Origin: Camelus ferus
Taxonomy: Eukaryota
DNA: 64,000 bases
Assembly (NCBI RefSeq): GCF_009834535.1
Contig: NC_045697.1
Span: forward strand, 87,112,001-87,176,000
Direction of reading: 5' to 3'
In this document: positions 1-13,446 of the stretch, piece by piece
How the letters are laid out: every line of letters begins with the position of its first letter
Numbering within the stretch: the stretch's first letter is position 1
The notes under the pieces: model-generated
What the model was told of the DNA's origin: nothing
The model's input: only the letters and a program-made list of their open reading frames with translations
Database searches by the model: none
Position numbers and translations under genes: made by a program

Positions 1-79
1 GTGGGTTTTGGCTCTATAATAGCTTTCTTTCTTGTCTACCTGCTTCCAAACTGTCTTTGTTACCCCAGCCCTTCATTTG

Positions 80-330
80 CACTTGATGTATAGTACTCCA
101 TTTTATGAGAACACTATAATTTATTTACCCATTTTATATTAATGAATTTTTAGATTTTTCCAAGTTTAGTTTTTTTGTTGTTGTAAAGAATGCGTCAGTA
201 ATATTTTTGTACGTCCCCTTGTGTGTATGTACAAGAGTTTCTCTAGGATATATATATACCTAGAGGTAGAAGTTTGTCATTGGGCATGAATAACTTAAAC
301 ATGACTAGATGTTTTGAAATTGGTTTTTTA
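80..330 (-). mobile_element. Old L1M (L1ME-like) 3' fragment
   Basis: gtactccatt...tttatttacccatt...tttctctaggatatatacctagaggtagaa is typical of the antisense L1M 3' region. Confidence 0.55.
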
Positions 331-489
331 AGTGCCATTGATTTTTTCCCTTAATATTTTGATCAATTTTAAAAAATATTTTGCAGTCCAGGTTTTTCAC
401 TTAGTAATCATGTCATTGATATTTTTGGTGACTTTTGATCTCATTCAATAAAAATGAACTGTTTCAAATTGTGTGAGATTATTCTAGAT

Positions 490-670
490 CAAGGGTCAGC
501 AGACTATAGCTTTTGGGCCAAAGCCAGCCTGCAGTTTATTTTAACCTAGCCCTCTGGTTAAGAATGAACTTTATATTTTTAATAGGATGTTTGAAAGAAA
601 GTGAATAATATGTGATACAGGCTGTCTGTGGCCTACAGTGCATAAAATATTTACTGTTTGGCCCTTCACA
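490..670. mobile_element. MER58-like hAT-Charlie MITE
   Basis: caagggtcagcagactatagc...gggccaaa start and aaaatatttactgtttggccctt end motif. Confidence 0.7.
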
Positions 671-1811
671 TTTTATCTTCTGCAGTCCCACAATACTTGG
701 AAAATGCCTTCAGGTTTATATATCTCACTGATAGCTAAGAGTGTCAATTTTGTGTTCCTGTTATACAGTCTAACCTGTGTCTAAAAACAAACTTGTAAAA
801 TTGATTTGGTATTAAGTTGTTACTATTTCCTCAATATACTTTAAAATGAGAACATTGTGTCTCAGCATAACTAGTGTTTCATTGTTTGTCTATATTCACA
901 TTAATGCCATCTGAGGCTGTATTATTTAAGAAATTAAGATAATCAAATCACCAGTGATGAGATTAGAGTGATGAGACTTCTCTGTAGTATCTTTGGGAAA
1001 TTAAGCTTAAAAACCATTCTATTGTGTAAGCATGATTGCTTACAGACAGTTTAAGTACCAATGCACGAACAATTGATATACTAATTGTAAATAATGTTAG
1101 TCCTCCAAAGCACTATCCCAAGCAAGTTTTCTTACTAACTTTGTTTGCTTACAGATAGTTTATGTATTCCCTGGTTGTTGGTAGATTTCAGTCAGATGTA
1201 GAAGTATCTTTAAATGTTAGATGATATTTTATAATATGCCATAATTATGCTTCTCATGCATTTACCCCCTATTAGCCACAAATATTAATTTTTATTAGAT
1301 GTGTAATTATTACTCAGAAATAATTTGGAAAGATTATTTTTAAAGAAAAGAGGAAAACATAATAAGAAGAATATTTTGGGGGAGTGGGGAGCATTAGAAT
1401 TAATCTTATTAATGTTATATAAAATTTACTAATGCATTGTCTCGGGTTAATCAGAAAATCAGGCAGAAAGATAAAACTGACCCTCTCCTTACTTACGTAT
1501 TTCTGTGTTGATGCTATCAGATAACTCATCTTAATTGAATATGATGAATGTCAGTATCTTTGGAGCAACTGGATTTTTGTCAGACTAGACTTTGAGATAT
1601 TCTTCCTATCCTTTTTTCACTCTTACCTTGACTGTTCTACCCTGTTCCTCACATGCTCTGATCTACTTACTTGTTACCGTACTACCATATCTGTGTGCTT
1701 TTGACTCACTCATCGTGGAAGTAGTATAAAAAAAATTAGAAGATTGTTTGCCTTTCATCAGGCATGTCTGTAACTTTTATGCCATAATTTTTTGTCCTGG
1801 CCATCAATTTC

Positions 1812-3499
1812 TTTTTTTTTCTTTTTTTTTAATTGAAATACAGTCAATTACAACGTGTCTTTCTCTGATGTACAGCACAGTATCTCAGTCGTGCATATAC
1901 ATACATATATTCATTTTCTTTTTTTTCCATTAAAGGTTATTACAAGATATTGAACATAGTTCCCTGTGCTATACCAAAGAAACAATTTTTAAATCTATTT
2001 TTATATAGAGAGGCTAACATTTGTAAATCTCAAACTTCCAATTTTTTCCACTCGCATCCTCTTTCCCCTTAGATAGTTTACTAAGTCTGCAAGTCTGTTT
2101 CTGTTTTGTAGATGAGTTCATAGTGTCTCCCCCACAATTTTTTTTTTTAGATACCACATGTGAGTGATATCGTATGGTATTTGTCTTTCTCTTTCTGGCT
2201 TACTTTGCTTAGAATGATGATCTCTATGTCCATCCATGTTGCTGCAAATGGCATTATTTTATTCTTTTTATGGCAGAGTAGTAGTCCATTGTATAAATAT
2301 ACCACAACTTCTTTATCCAGTCATCTATCAGTGGACATTTAGGTTGCTTCCATGTATTGGCTATTGTAAATAGTGTTTACAGGAACATTGGGGTGCATAT
2401 ATCTTTTCGACTTAGAGTTCCCTCTGGATATAGAAGTGGGATTGCTGGATCATAGGGTAAGTCAATTTTTAGTTTTTTGAGAAATCTCCCTACTGTTTTC
2501 CATAATGGCTACACCAGACTACATTCCCACCAACAGTTTAGGAGGGTTCCCTTTTCTCCACACCCTCTCCAGTATTTATCATTCTTGGACTTTTGGATGA
2601 TGGCCCTTCTGACTGGTGTGAGGTGATAGCTCATTGTAGTTTTGATTTTTATTTCTCTGATAATTAGTGATATTGAGCATTTTTTCATATGTCTATTGGC
2701 CATTTGTATGTCTTTATTAGAGAAATGCTTGTTTAGTCTTGTGCCCATTTTTGGATTGGGTTGTTTGATTTTTTGCTATTAAGTTGTATGAGCTGTTTAT
2801 ATATTCTGGAAATTAAGTCTTTGTCAGTCACATCATTTGCAAGTAGTTTCTCCCATTCTGTTGGTTGTTGTTTTGTTTTTCTTATGGTTTCATTTGCTGT
2901 GCAAAAGCTTATGAGTTTATTAGGTCCCACTTGTTTATATTTGCTCTTATTTCCATTGCCTGGATAGACTGCTCTAAGGGAATGTTGCTAAGGTTTATGT
3001 CAGAATATTTTGCCTATGTTTTCTTCTAGGAGATTTATTGTGTCTTGTCTTATATTTAAATCTTTAAGCCATTTTGAGTTTATTTTTATGTATGGAGTGA
3101 GGGAGTGTCCTAACTTCATTGATTTATATGCTGCTATCCAGCTTTCCCAACACCACTTGTTGAAGAGACTGTCTTTTCTCCATTGTATATTCTTGCCTCC
3201 TTTGTCGAAGATTAATTGACCATAGGTCTGTGGATTTATTTCTTGGCTCTCTATTCTATTCCATTGATCTGTATGTCTGTTTTTATGCCAGTACCATGCT
3301 GTTTTGATTACTATAGCTCTGTAATATTGTCTGAAGTCTGGGAAGGTTATTCTTCCAGCTTTGTTCTTTTTCTTCAATATTTCTTTGACAATTCAGGGTC
3401 TTTTGTGATTGCATATAAATCTTAGGATCATTTGTTCCAGTTTTGTAAAAAATGTCCTGGTTAATTTGATAGGGGTCACATTAAATCTGTAGATTGCCT
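1812..3499 (-). mobile_element. 5'-truncated, relatively young L1 (ORF2 C-terminus, 3'UTR, polyA)
   Basis: Poly-T at the left end. Minus-strand ORF fragments ([42 protein letters not shown]) are L1 ORF2p, disrupted by stops and frameshifts. Confidence 0.95.
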
Positions 3500-5704
3500 T
3501 TATGCTATAAGTTTTGTTTGTTTCATCTGTTCTTTTTATCCCCACCCCCCACTTTTCCTACTTTCTTTTGGATTAGTTGAGTATGTTTTAGTATTCTAGT
3601 TTATCTCTCCTGTTTTCTTGATAGCTCAACATCTTGATTATCCTTTTAAAAAGATACTTGGTCTAGGGTTTATAGTACATACGATTTACAGTCTATCTTC
3701 AAATATTACTGTACCACTTTATGTATAATGTAAAATTCTTAAAGCAATTTACTTACCTTTGGATGGAGAGTTTAGAAGCCAAGCTCTGGGTATTACATAT
3801 ACTACTGGGGTATTACTGCTTTTAGGTTCACCTTTTCTAAATTCTTTGATTCATTCAAACTCAAGTTTATTAGTCTTGTGTATAACTGAAAAGTCAGTGA
3901 ACTCTGAGTAAAGTCCTAAGAGCTCTTCTACAGTTAAAGTGCATATAGTAACATATATTTCAGCTCATCGGAGACCTTTCTGATTTCTTTCAGGGTCTTG
4001 ATGTATTTCATATTTTTGAGGCTGCAGAGTAAATCAACTACGGACTCACCTGAAATGTTACTTTCTCTAGGAGCATCCTTGACTCCTAAGTAGCTCCTTT
4101 TTTGTGTTTTAGTAGCACCTATGCATGCCTCTGAGCTAGTACTTGTCATCCCATGTGTTAATTATCTTTGTAATGTGGCGTCTTAACTGAAGCTAGTTAT
4201 CACTTATACCAGTTTGTGGCATTAGTTGACATTCTGCTACGGATTGCTCTTGTGTTTCAGTCAGTCACATTTTTATTTAATTTGCATAAGTTGTTTAGGA
4301 AATACTCAAGCCATTGTCTAGTTACATTCCCTAAATTGTCTGAACCCATCATTTGCATGGGATACAACATGAATCTTGTTCAAAATAAGTTTGTGTATGT
4401 ACACACGTGCATGTACATGTATGCAGAAAAAGAAGCATGTACATACATGTCTATTGGGTTTGGAGTGTAGGGAAGGGTGTCATTAGAAGCCCCATGCTGG
4501 AAAGAACAAGAAGAGAAATCTCCCATAGCTGAGAAGGACATCTGGCATTTGTAGGACGAGCTTTATACCAGTATCTGAAGGGAATATTTGTGGTTATCAG
4601 GTAGGAGTTATTATTATTATTTTTTAATCTCATAACTTCCTGTGATATGATGACTGTATCATGAGAAAGCAAATAGGTGTGCAGTAAAAATGAAAGCCTA
4701 CTACTTTTTACAATATATGAGATTTTAGATACTTAAGAAAGAAAAATCTTTAAATTCAGAAATGTTAAATATCCAAAAAAAAGGACATCTTTGAATCAGT
4801 GGTAAGCAGCAAATCACTGGGAGTCCAGCCACTTTTATGGGGATTCTTTTGTTGATAGCCAGCTAGTAAGAAATGATAGAATTTTATTACTAGAGGTCCA
4901 CACCTTTCATCCTTGGTACCCCTTCTAAAATACCTGAACACAAGAAAGGAAAAGAGATTTCTCATCAACTAGATGAAGTCCTGAGTGGCAGATATCTGAA
5001 GGGACGTTGAGACAGAGGCTGAGTGAAGACACTTTGGAGGGTGACAGGGGTCATTGTCATTGTCACAGTGTGATACTGTGACTGAGGGTTAGCAGTTTTG
5101 GTGGTCCTAAGATTTTGTCTATGCAAGTTGTCTTCACTGGCTGGGATAGTGGCTGAGAAGAGCTTCTTTGGCTCTGCAGATCCATGGAATCAGTGTCTAC
5201 ATGGCCAAGTGAGAGCCGAGTGCTTGAGAGCAGCATTTATATTGGAAATACTCAGGGACTGTAAGATAACGTCATGGATTACATGATTCCCATTCCATTT
5301 TCAGGGATTATCATGGAGTCATAAAAAGAATAGTCCTGAGGTCTTGCATCTTGCCAGAGAAAGCTATTCATCTAGTATTATACTATTCTGTCTTCGATGC
5401 CCAGCACCTTGCCTGATATATGGATGGATGGGTAGGCAGATTATGAACAAGATATTAAATTGTTATGTTTAGTCACAACCATTGTATTGATGTGTAGTTT
5501 TTGTAGAATGGCTCTAAATTTTGAGGCGTAAATAACACCTAGTGAAAATAAGCATGCTAAAGTAACTAAATTAATTAAAAGCAGATTTATTTTCTTTCTT
5601 TCATTTTCTCTCTCTTTCTTTTATGTATTTATTTTCCCTTTTATCAGAAGACATATATGATTGGATTTATAAATACACTGAACAATTGTTTCCTTTTCAT
5701 GCAG

Positions 5705-5758
5705 GGGCCTGAATTAATGAATAAATATGTTGGTGAATCTGAAAGAGCAGTTAGAGAG
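5705..5758 (+). CDS. SPATA5: SPATA5/AFG2A internal coding exon (54 nt, phase 0-0), D2 AAA domain pore-loop region GPELMNKYVGESERAVRE
   Basis: Acceptor tttccttttcatgcag|GGG, donor GAG|gtaaga. The translation matches the CDC48/AFG2-family motif that follows Walker A. Confidence 0.96.
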
Positions 5759-6969
5759 GTAAGATTATGCCTTAAAGTGAACTCTGCATAGGAGAACCTC
5801 ACTTCTGTCCTGTATGGTTTTTATTTTGTTTAGGGTTACAAGTTTTGAAATTTCTAAATCCAAATTCTAGTGGCATATTTTTTTAGGCAAATATTATTTT
5901 AAAATGTAATTTTGGGCATCTACAATAGTTTGGTTTTGTTTTTCAACATCTTACTATTAGCAGCCTTCAGTTTTACCAAGTATCTTTTTAAACAGCTATC
6001 AACATTTCCTTTTCCTTCTTTTAAAAAAAGGCTATGTCTATACTTAACAAAGAACACATGATCTCAGAGTGAGATTTAAGTACTTTAACACTAGGTGGTT
6101 CTTTAAATCAAATAAGCTTAGTATATGAAAATTTTACTATACTCTCCTTATTTATTTTACCTTTGGTGATTTAGAAAATTAATCCCCCTCCCCTCTCTCA
6201 AGTTTTAAAGCCAGTGCCTGATTGGCCTATTGGCCACTCTATATTGCAGAAGCTACAAAACCAGGAAATTCATGCAGAATCAAGGCACTGGAGTAGGGTC
6301 ACTATAGCAGTTTGACCACAAGTCTTGGGTTTCTTAAGTAGAGATTGGCCTGCCTCACACAGACACCCTGTGTTCTCACTGAAGCTAAGCAAGGACAAGA
6401 ACACATAAGTACCAATGGAATGGATGGTCTTCATTTGTAAAATATCCAGGTACCCATCAGGAGTATTAGAGATTAGAATTTTTCTTTTTACATCTGAGAA
6501 AAAAATTAAGTTACTTTTTGGCCTTTTTTGCCTTTGACATTTAGATGATGATGATCATATAAAACATTAACTGGTGATGAAAGCACCATCATTGATGAAA
6601 TATGAAAAAGGTGATGTTTTTTAATGCTAATGTTTTGGTAACTGTTGTGTAATTTTATGGTCATGATACTTGTGACCAGAAAATGGGGGCCTAGGTTATA
6701 GGTAGTACCGTTTGGATTTCTTTCTTCCTTTGCTGACTTTTTCTAGGCCATTTCCAGATTGCCCCATGGTTGTCTGGCTATTCTTTGATGCTGATAGTCT
6801 GAATGACTTCTGGTTTAACCGACCTATGCTCTTAAAAGTTTTGGCTATTTTTCCCATGTAGTCTTTAGAGAAATGAGCAAGGTGTGTGGCTTTTGGGTTT
6901 TTATATGCTAAATTTTGGCTGATTTTACACATTTATGATTTTTCTTTTAACAATGTGTTAATGGTAGAT

Positions 6970-7170
6970 AATAACTGTCATTCACTGAGCTGTTACTATG
7001 ATCCAGGCATTATGCTAAGTGCTTTGCATTCTTTTTTAATTCAGTTCTTAAAATAAACTTCTGAGACAGGCTTTGATCATAATCTCCATTTTATAGATGT
7101 AGAAATTGAATTTTAGAGAAGTTAGCCACTGAAAGTCACATAGCTACTAAGTGGTATCAGTGGGATTTTA
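6970..7170 (-). mobile_element. MIR SINE
   Basis: ccaggcattatgctaagtgcttt...ctccattttatagatgtagaaattga...gtcacatagctactaagtgg is the antisense MIR core. Confidence 0.85.
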
Positions 7171-7426
7171 ATGGAGATTATCTAATTACCTAATCAGATT
7201 GTCTCCTACACACCTCTTTGAATATGTGTTGGTGTCTTGTCTCTGTTTGCAAGTAAGCACCATGGAAGAAGATACATTTACATCCATTATGAATTGTGTA
7301 TACATCTGTTATAGGTTGTATACAAAGTGATTGTGCTGGTAGACTTGTACATAATAGATCTGGTTTTAAATGCAGTTTTCAAACTAAAACCAACTACAAG
7401 GTTTCCTGGAATTTGCTGATCTTTAG

Positions 7427-7531
<105 letters not shown>

Positions 7532-8037
7532 TAAGAAATATATAATAGGACTGCTATTAAATACTAGCAATTACAGTTTAGAAGAAATAGCATTTCTTAT
7601 ACAAATTTTATTTATTAATACATTTGTCCTAAAATAAAACATTTTTCAATTCATGTAGTTTTTTTTCCTCTTATACCCATTCTTTCATGTCATTACTTTA
7701 TAGTATTTTCATATACAATATTTTTTTAAAGACTGATATCCATTTGGGGTATTTGAGTTAATTTTTATAGTTCACTATCCAGAGAAAGCCCCCTGCACTG
7801 CTTATCAAAATTTGGGTTGTTATTAATATATGGTTAAAACTGTAAATAAAGCTCAAGCATAATTTTTGATACACTAGAACCCAATTATAATAAAATGTCA
7901 TCATACAGATTTTAATATTCTGTGAATTAAATCATGTTTTCTAAAATATCATTGGTTCCAATAGAATAAAAATTAGTATTAATAGCTTTGTTTCTGAATC
8001 TCAGTCAATAAAGGGGATTATTTATAATATCATTTCT

Positions 8038-8101
8038 AATATATATAGTGTATATCTATATATATATATGTAGATATATATATATCAGATATATATATAT
8101 C
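8038..8101. repeat. Imperfect (TA)n microsatellite
   Basis: Runs of TA interrupted by G/C; includes a duplicated gatatatatatatcaga unit. Confidence 0.9.
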
Positions 8102-10114
8102 AGAACTGTTTACAAGTATGATTTTTCCCCCCTACAATTGTTTAGAGATTTTTTAAGGAATATGTATTACAAGTACTTCATGTTGGAGAATGTTAATTTG
8201 TGTGCTTTCTGTGTAACTTCCTGCTTATACACTTACGAACACATTGGATATAAAAGTTTTGCTGATGTTATTGCAGTGATGGCAGAAGGCACCGTCTAAG
8301 TCTCAGAACTAAATTTGGTAAGAGGCATTGCTGCTCTCTTCTTTACTGGATAGAGCTGCCTAATCAGATGAGAATATAACTGTCAATAGGAAACATTCGG
8401 AGGTAGCCTGGCCTGCTCTCCACCCTACCCATTCAATATCCTGTAAATACCTACCAGTCTTGTTGTTTTATGAGTTGAAGTACTTGAGAACCTTTTATTA
8501 CTTTGGAAGTGAGATGGAGCAAGAGGTTACAAACAACTCAAGTTCACCTTGACCGCAAGAGAAGAGAAAGAAGCCAGAGAAGTTTGCTGAAGTAGGGTGA
8601 TCTGCCACATTTATGTGACACCAGAGACATCTGGTTTTGGAGCCTAAAAAGGAACAGGATGGGAAACGTTAAATATGAGCCAGATGGGAGGTGGAATATG
8701 TAGCAGAGTTCTCATAAAGTGCTTTTGAAATATAATTTATAAGAAACCAGACAAGGCACTTGGTAGACATAACCTGTTTTTGCAGACAATTTGACTCAGT
8801 AGGAATTTGCAAATGTATTAGAGATGCTGATAACTTGCAGCCTCTATATATCATTTATTCTGATAGTCTTCATATTGTGAGCTCTTCCTCAGTAACTCAT
8901 TCAGATAAAGTACAAATAAGTTCTGTGAAGTTTCCTTTACATACGAAGAATTTTTGGCTGAGTTAGTTGATATTTCAGAAAACAAAGATAAGACTGAATA
9001 GCAAATATAATGTTAATGGTCCAAAATAGAGAGTTTTAGTTACACTTTAGTTGCACTAAGTCCTGTAGTTTGGTTTTAATAACCATTAGAATCTCATAGA
9101 ATGATATTTTATTTTCAGTTGGGGTTTTTCCCCCATAATTGTGTGATGGACCAGCATTACCTAGAAAGTGATTGTTGTATCTAATTAGATTACTATTACC
9201 TGAAAGCTAAAACAAATAAAAGCTCCATACATACATTTTTGTTCTTCAGCTATTTGAACTGAACACAATTTCTAGAAATTAAAAAAACAGCTGTTGGTAG
9301 AGAGCTAAAGTATAAAATTCCCAAGATACTTAAAACAATTTTATACATTGATAAAGAAATAGAAAATATAGGAAAACATGGAAAAATAAGAAAATCCAAC
9401 AACTAGGAATTTTTGAAATAATTTTGGGCTGTAGAATATTCATTGCTTTCATTTTTTTCAAAGTTATTATCTGCTTTCTGTTATAATATTCAGATCAAAC
9501 TCAATATAACTAGTCCAGAAATGACAATGCCTAAGAAGACTGTTTCTTCTTATCAGGATTTTAATTTCCAAACTTAAGATGTTTAACAAATTGAGCCGTG
9601 AATTATGACACATGCTCGTCCTGACTATCCTGTGCATGTTAAATCAATTATTTTGACTATTTGAACTTACTCAGGTTAGCCATGAAACTGAGGGTTGCAA
9701 CCTGCGCATTGTAAATAGAGCATAGACATACTATTTGCTTAGCTTTAGAAATGTTTGTGCTTTCGGAAAGAGAAATTTTTCATGCTTATAAAATCGTCTG
9801 TTTACAACCACTATTTTCTCCTCTTCCCTGTCCCATTTATGTTTCTTTGGGACCAGGAAAATAAGTAAGCCTGCTATTTACTTCTTTTTTTTCTGTATGC
9901 TCATTTAAATTATGGATGTTCTGAATAAGATTTTGTGTCTTAGTTCATATTATGAGTTGGAAATATAAGATTTCCTTTGCAAAGTGCTTTAATGAGCTCT
10001 ATAACATTTGGGAAAATGAAAATGCTATTAAAGTACCATAGCTCTTTGGAAAGTGGATAATATGGCATGGAGTAAGGCACTGAAATAGGGAAGAGATTTG
10101 AATTATACTGTGCT

Positions 10115-10900
10115 AATAATAATATTGGGTAATATTTATTTAGTGCTTATCGTATACTAGGAACTATTTGGAGTGCTTTACAGGTGAAGAAAAAACTCAC
10201 AAAAAGGCACCTGCATTGATTTGAAGTAGAATATTGTACAGTTGGCTCCAGTACTCTGCCCTGCCTCCCAGCAAGCTTAAATTTTTACTTTTTTCCTGAT
10301 TGTAGTGGGGAGGAAGAGAGCAGGCTGGGCAGTAAGTCATCAGTCAGTCTTGTCTTAGGCAGCAGTTCTGTCCCCAGAAACGGAGAAATGTAGGACAAGT
10401 CCCCATGTACTGCATTCTTTTGGCCAGTCTCCTCTGACTGAGGAAATGGCCGCTAGACTAACCTAGAGACTCCTAGAACAACTTCCTCTGTCTAGGAGAG
10501 TCCAGCTAGTGACAGGATCCTGAATTATTCTCACCAGCTGACGTTAATTGCCTGGTAATGCCAAACCTCAAGCAGAACTAAAGAGGTTTGGAACTAGGAA
10601 CATCTCTCTCCAATTTAGTTAGGGTCACTAGCTGCAGGGGTCCATCTTATTTATTTAGTTAACTTCCAAATAAAGTGACTCCCTTTGGATCTCACTTACT
10701 ATGTTACGGCCTTTTGCTTGTATTAAACTTCTGATCATCATCACAGTCCCAGGAGGTGTAGGGTCTGTTCTCATCTCCACTTTACAGGTGTGGAAACGTA
10801 GGCGTATAGATCTATAAATAACTTACTCAGCGTCATGTATCACAAATAGCCAGGCTGGCATTTGAATTCAGGTATTTCGACTCTAGAGCAGATACTCTGA
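10115..10900 (-). mobile_element. MIR split into two parts (~10115-10184 and ~10741-10900) by a ~555-bp insert
   Basis: Left part atttatttagtgcttat...gtgctttaca and right part ctccactttacaggtgtggaaac...atttgaattcaggt are colinear MIR segments. Confidence 0.7.
10185..10740 (+). mobile_element. Probable solo LTR (family not recognised)
   Basis: Begins TG(aaga), ends (cat)CA, has AATAAA ~70 nt from its end, is GC-richer than the flanks and interrupts a MIR. Confidence 0.5.
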
Positions 10901-11065
10901 GCCACTTTTTCACTCGACTACCACACTACAGATTCCAGGATTTCAGGTCCAAGTACTTAATTAATTAACCTTTCAAGATTGTATTTACTGTGTATTTTCT
11001 CTGTGACTTATATTAGTAATGACTCTGCCTGTCTAGCCAGGCTGTCATAAGACTCCTTTGTAGGC

Positions 11066-11425
11066 ATTCATTCATTTACATATTCAGTAAGTATTTATTG
11101 ACTACTTTTTCTGCAACAGGGTTTGTGTTGGGGATAAAACAGAGCAAAGGACCTAAGAGCAATTTCCTTAACCTCTTCAAGCCTTTGTTTCATTTATAAA
11201 ATAGAGATAATACTAATAATAAGTTCCAGGTTGTTGGAATTGAATACATGTAAAGTGCATCATATAGTACCTGGCATTTAGTAACTGCTTAAGACACTTT
11301 AGTGTTTCTCATAATTTCTGCATTCATATTCTTAAAATAATGATCATTTCCAAAAAAATAGAAATATAGTAATAGAGATAGAAATGAATCCTGCCCCAAC
11401 AGACTTCACATTCTAGTGGAGAAAA
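11066..11425 (-). mobile_element. L2 3' end interrupted by a + strand MIR (~11150-11292)
   Basis: cattcattcattt...gtatttattga L2 tail; MIR core ttaacctc...tataaaatagagataata...gtaaagtgc; L2 resumes at atcctgcccc...cattctagtggaga. Confidence 0.7.
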
Positions 11426-11475
11426 CTGAAGCATTTGGGAAATTAGAAAAAGCATTCTACAGATGGCAGGCACTA

Positions 11476-11656
11476 TAGCATTTCATTAGTCTAAGATGCC
11501 ATTAGTTGTAAGACATGTCATTATTTTACATTAATGAAGAAAAATGCAACCCTAAACTATGAAATGGTGCTGAGAAATTACCAACTCCAAGTGACATCCT
11601 GATTTCAAAAATTTTAAATATGAAAAATTAGTATTTTTGAAATAAAAGAAAGACAT
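11476..11656. mobile_element. MER104-like Tc2/mariner MITE
   Basis: catttcattagtctaagatgccattagttgtaagacatgtcattatttta...gacatcctgatttca matches the recalled MER104 consensus. Confidence 0.65.
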
Positions 11657-12194
11657 TATTTTTGGGGAGAAAGAGAAGATGATCTATTCTGTTTTTCTAA
11701 AACTAATGCTATCATATAAAAAATATTTGGGATATTTTATGACTAGTATGTAAAAATGATTAAATATATGGAAAAATGAAAAAGATTAAGTGCTCAGTTA
11801 AAAGCTGACTGATTGATATATTCTGTGAGGTATTAGAGAATCTGTGATATTAAAAACTGTTTTCTTATGTAGCTGTTTCTGCACTTAATAGTCCTGAATT
11901 GGTTTCCACTTGGAGTGGTTGGGGGAAAAAGAAAGAAGTTCTAAGCCAGTTTTCATTGAAAATGAAGATTCCAGGCTTAGCAACATTCTGAAAACAGCTC
12001 TGAGTTTTAAAGTAATGATCAGGAAATGGAGTAGCCTCTTTTGCAGCATAGCCAGATTTCAGGTAAATTCAATGAATTCCTGACACTGAGTACTGTAGAA
12101 GAAATTTTTGTAGGCATCATTTCTCTAAATGACACTCTGCAAGGAAGGTTATAAATTTTTTTAATGTGATTTTTAGGATGTTTTTCAAAATTTC

Positions 12195-12375
12195 ATAAAA
12201 TGATAAAATTTTATAGATGGAAAAGTTCTTAGAAGTCATCTAGTGCAATATTTTATTCTTCAGAAGGAATAGAATCCCCTAGAATTTAAGAGAAGAGGTA
12301 CATAACTCCTTTGTGGCCTAGACGAGACTAGAACTCATGTCTTCTGTAGAGCTCTTTGAACTGGACTACTGCCGC
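12195..12375 (-). mobile_element. MIR3-like SINE remnant
   Basis: ttttatagatggaaaagttcttagaagtcatctagtgcaa...gactagaactcatgtctt. Confidence 0.55.
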
Positions 12376-13274
12376 CTCTTAGGCTCAGGATTGGGGACAG
12401 AAAAAGTGTGTTCATGTCAGGGAAAAAATTCATGTATCTAAATATTTAAAGAATAGTTTTTATGTTTGAGAAACTTAACAACTTATTAAATACCTTTTAA
12501 CCACTATTATTTTGTATATCTGTGTTTTGAATTGTTAAATTCAATGCCTGTTTCCTGGTATGCAGTTTTCCCTAACTTATACTTGTTTCATAGTTTTTAC
12601 ATTGCCAAACTTTTAATATTAAACAGAAGTGCTGAGGGAAACAGCAACAGGAGAAATGGAAAATATGTAGTAGATTTTTCATTATAATAGTTTTATAAAA
12701 TGAAGCAGATTTCTCTGACTGTTGTGCATTGTGGCTAAGTCCTATAGCATGGATTAAAGGTATGACTTTCCTTAGAGAGGTGACCTGTTGCAGCATTTTA
12801 CTAGGAACTGAGAATTATTTCTTGTTGGTATAGGACACATAGGTCTCTTATTGTATCTATTTTTTTTTTTTACTTTAAAATGAAAATTTGCTTATATTTT
12901 ACATGTATCAAGAAAATCATTGTAAGTAATGCTTGTGTTCAATTAGTATTATGTTTGGCTTGTCTTCTGTAGGTCTCTTCCAAGGCTAAATTTTGACCAT
13001 GGGGGTGTGAGAGGTAGATTTTAAGATACAAATTCGGATGCCTACCGCTTAGAACTCTTTATGACATTTAAAAATTATACCAGAAAAAAATCTTTAAATT
13101 TAAATTGGATATGAAAGATGTTGATCTATAATTTAGAAATCATATGAAGAGATGATGGGAGATAACACTTTATTGGCAGAGTTGAAGGGAAATACATATT
13201 TTTGTGAAATTTTCACTATTGAAAAATAAAATCAGTGTAACAATTACTATCATGATGGTGGGATTCTTTAAGAT

Positions 13275-13446
13275 AGGGGTCGGTATACTCTTTTCTGTAA
13301 CAGCCCAATTAGTAAATATTTTTAGCTCTGGGGCCAGTCTCTACTGCAGCTGTTTATCTCTTGCTGTAGCAGATGTAGAGAATGTGTAATCAAATAAAAA
13401 ACAGTTGGCTGGCCAGATTTGTCTGTGGCTATAGTTTTCTGACCTG
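13275..13446. mobile_element. MER58A-like hAT-Charlie MITE
   Basis: taggggtcggtatac..ttttctgtaacagccc..tagtaaatattttt start; ggccagatttg...tagttttctgacc end. Confidence 0.8.

Noticed and set aside
1025..1165. 8-bp hairpin tgtaagca/tgcttaca and an 18-bp near-repeat ttgcttacaga(c/t)agttta
   Set aside because: Too short to interpret in AT-rich DNA.
1775..3520. tttatgccataa / tttatgctataa as TSD of the L1 at 1812-3499
   Set aside because: The left copy is about 20 nt away from the poly-T, so it is not a clean TSD.
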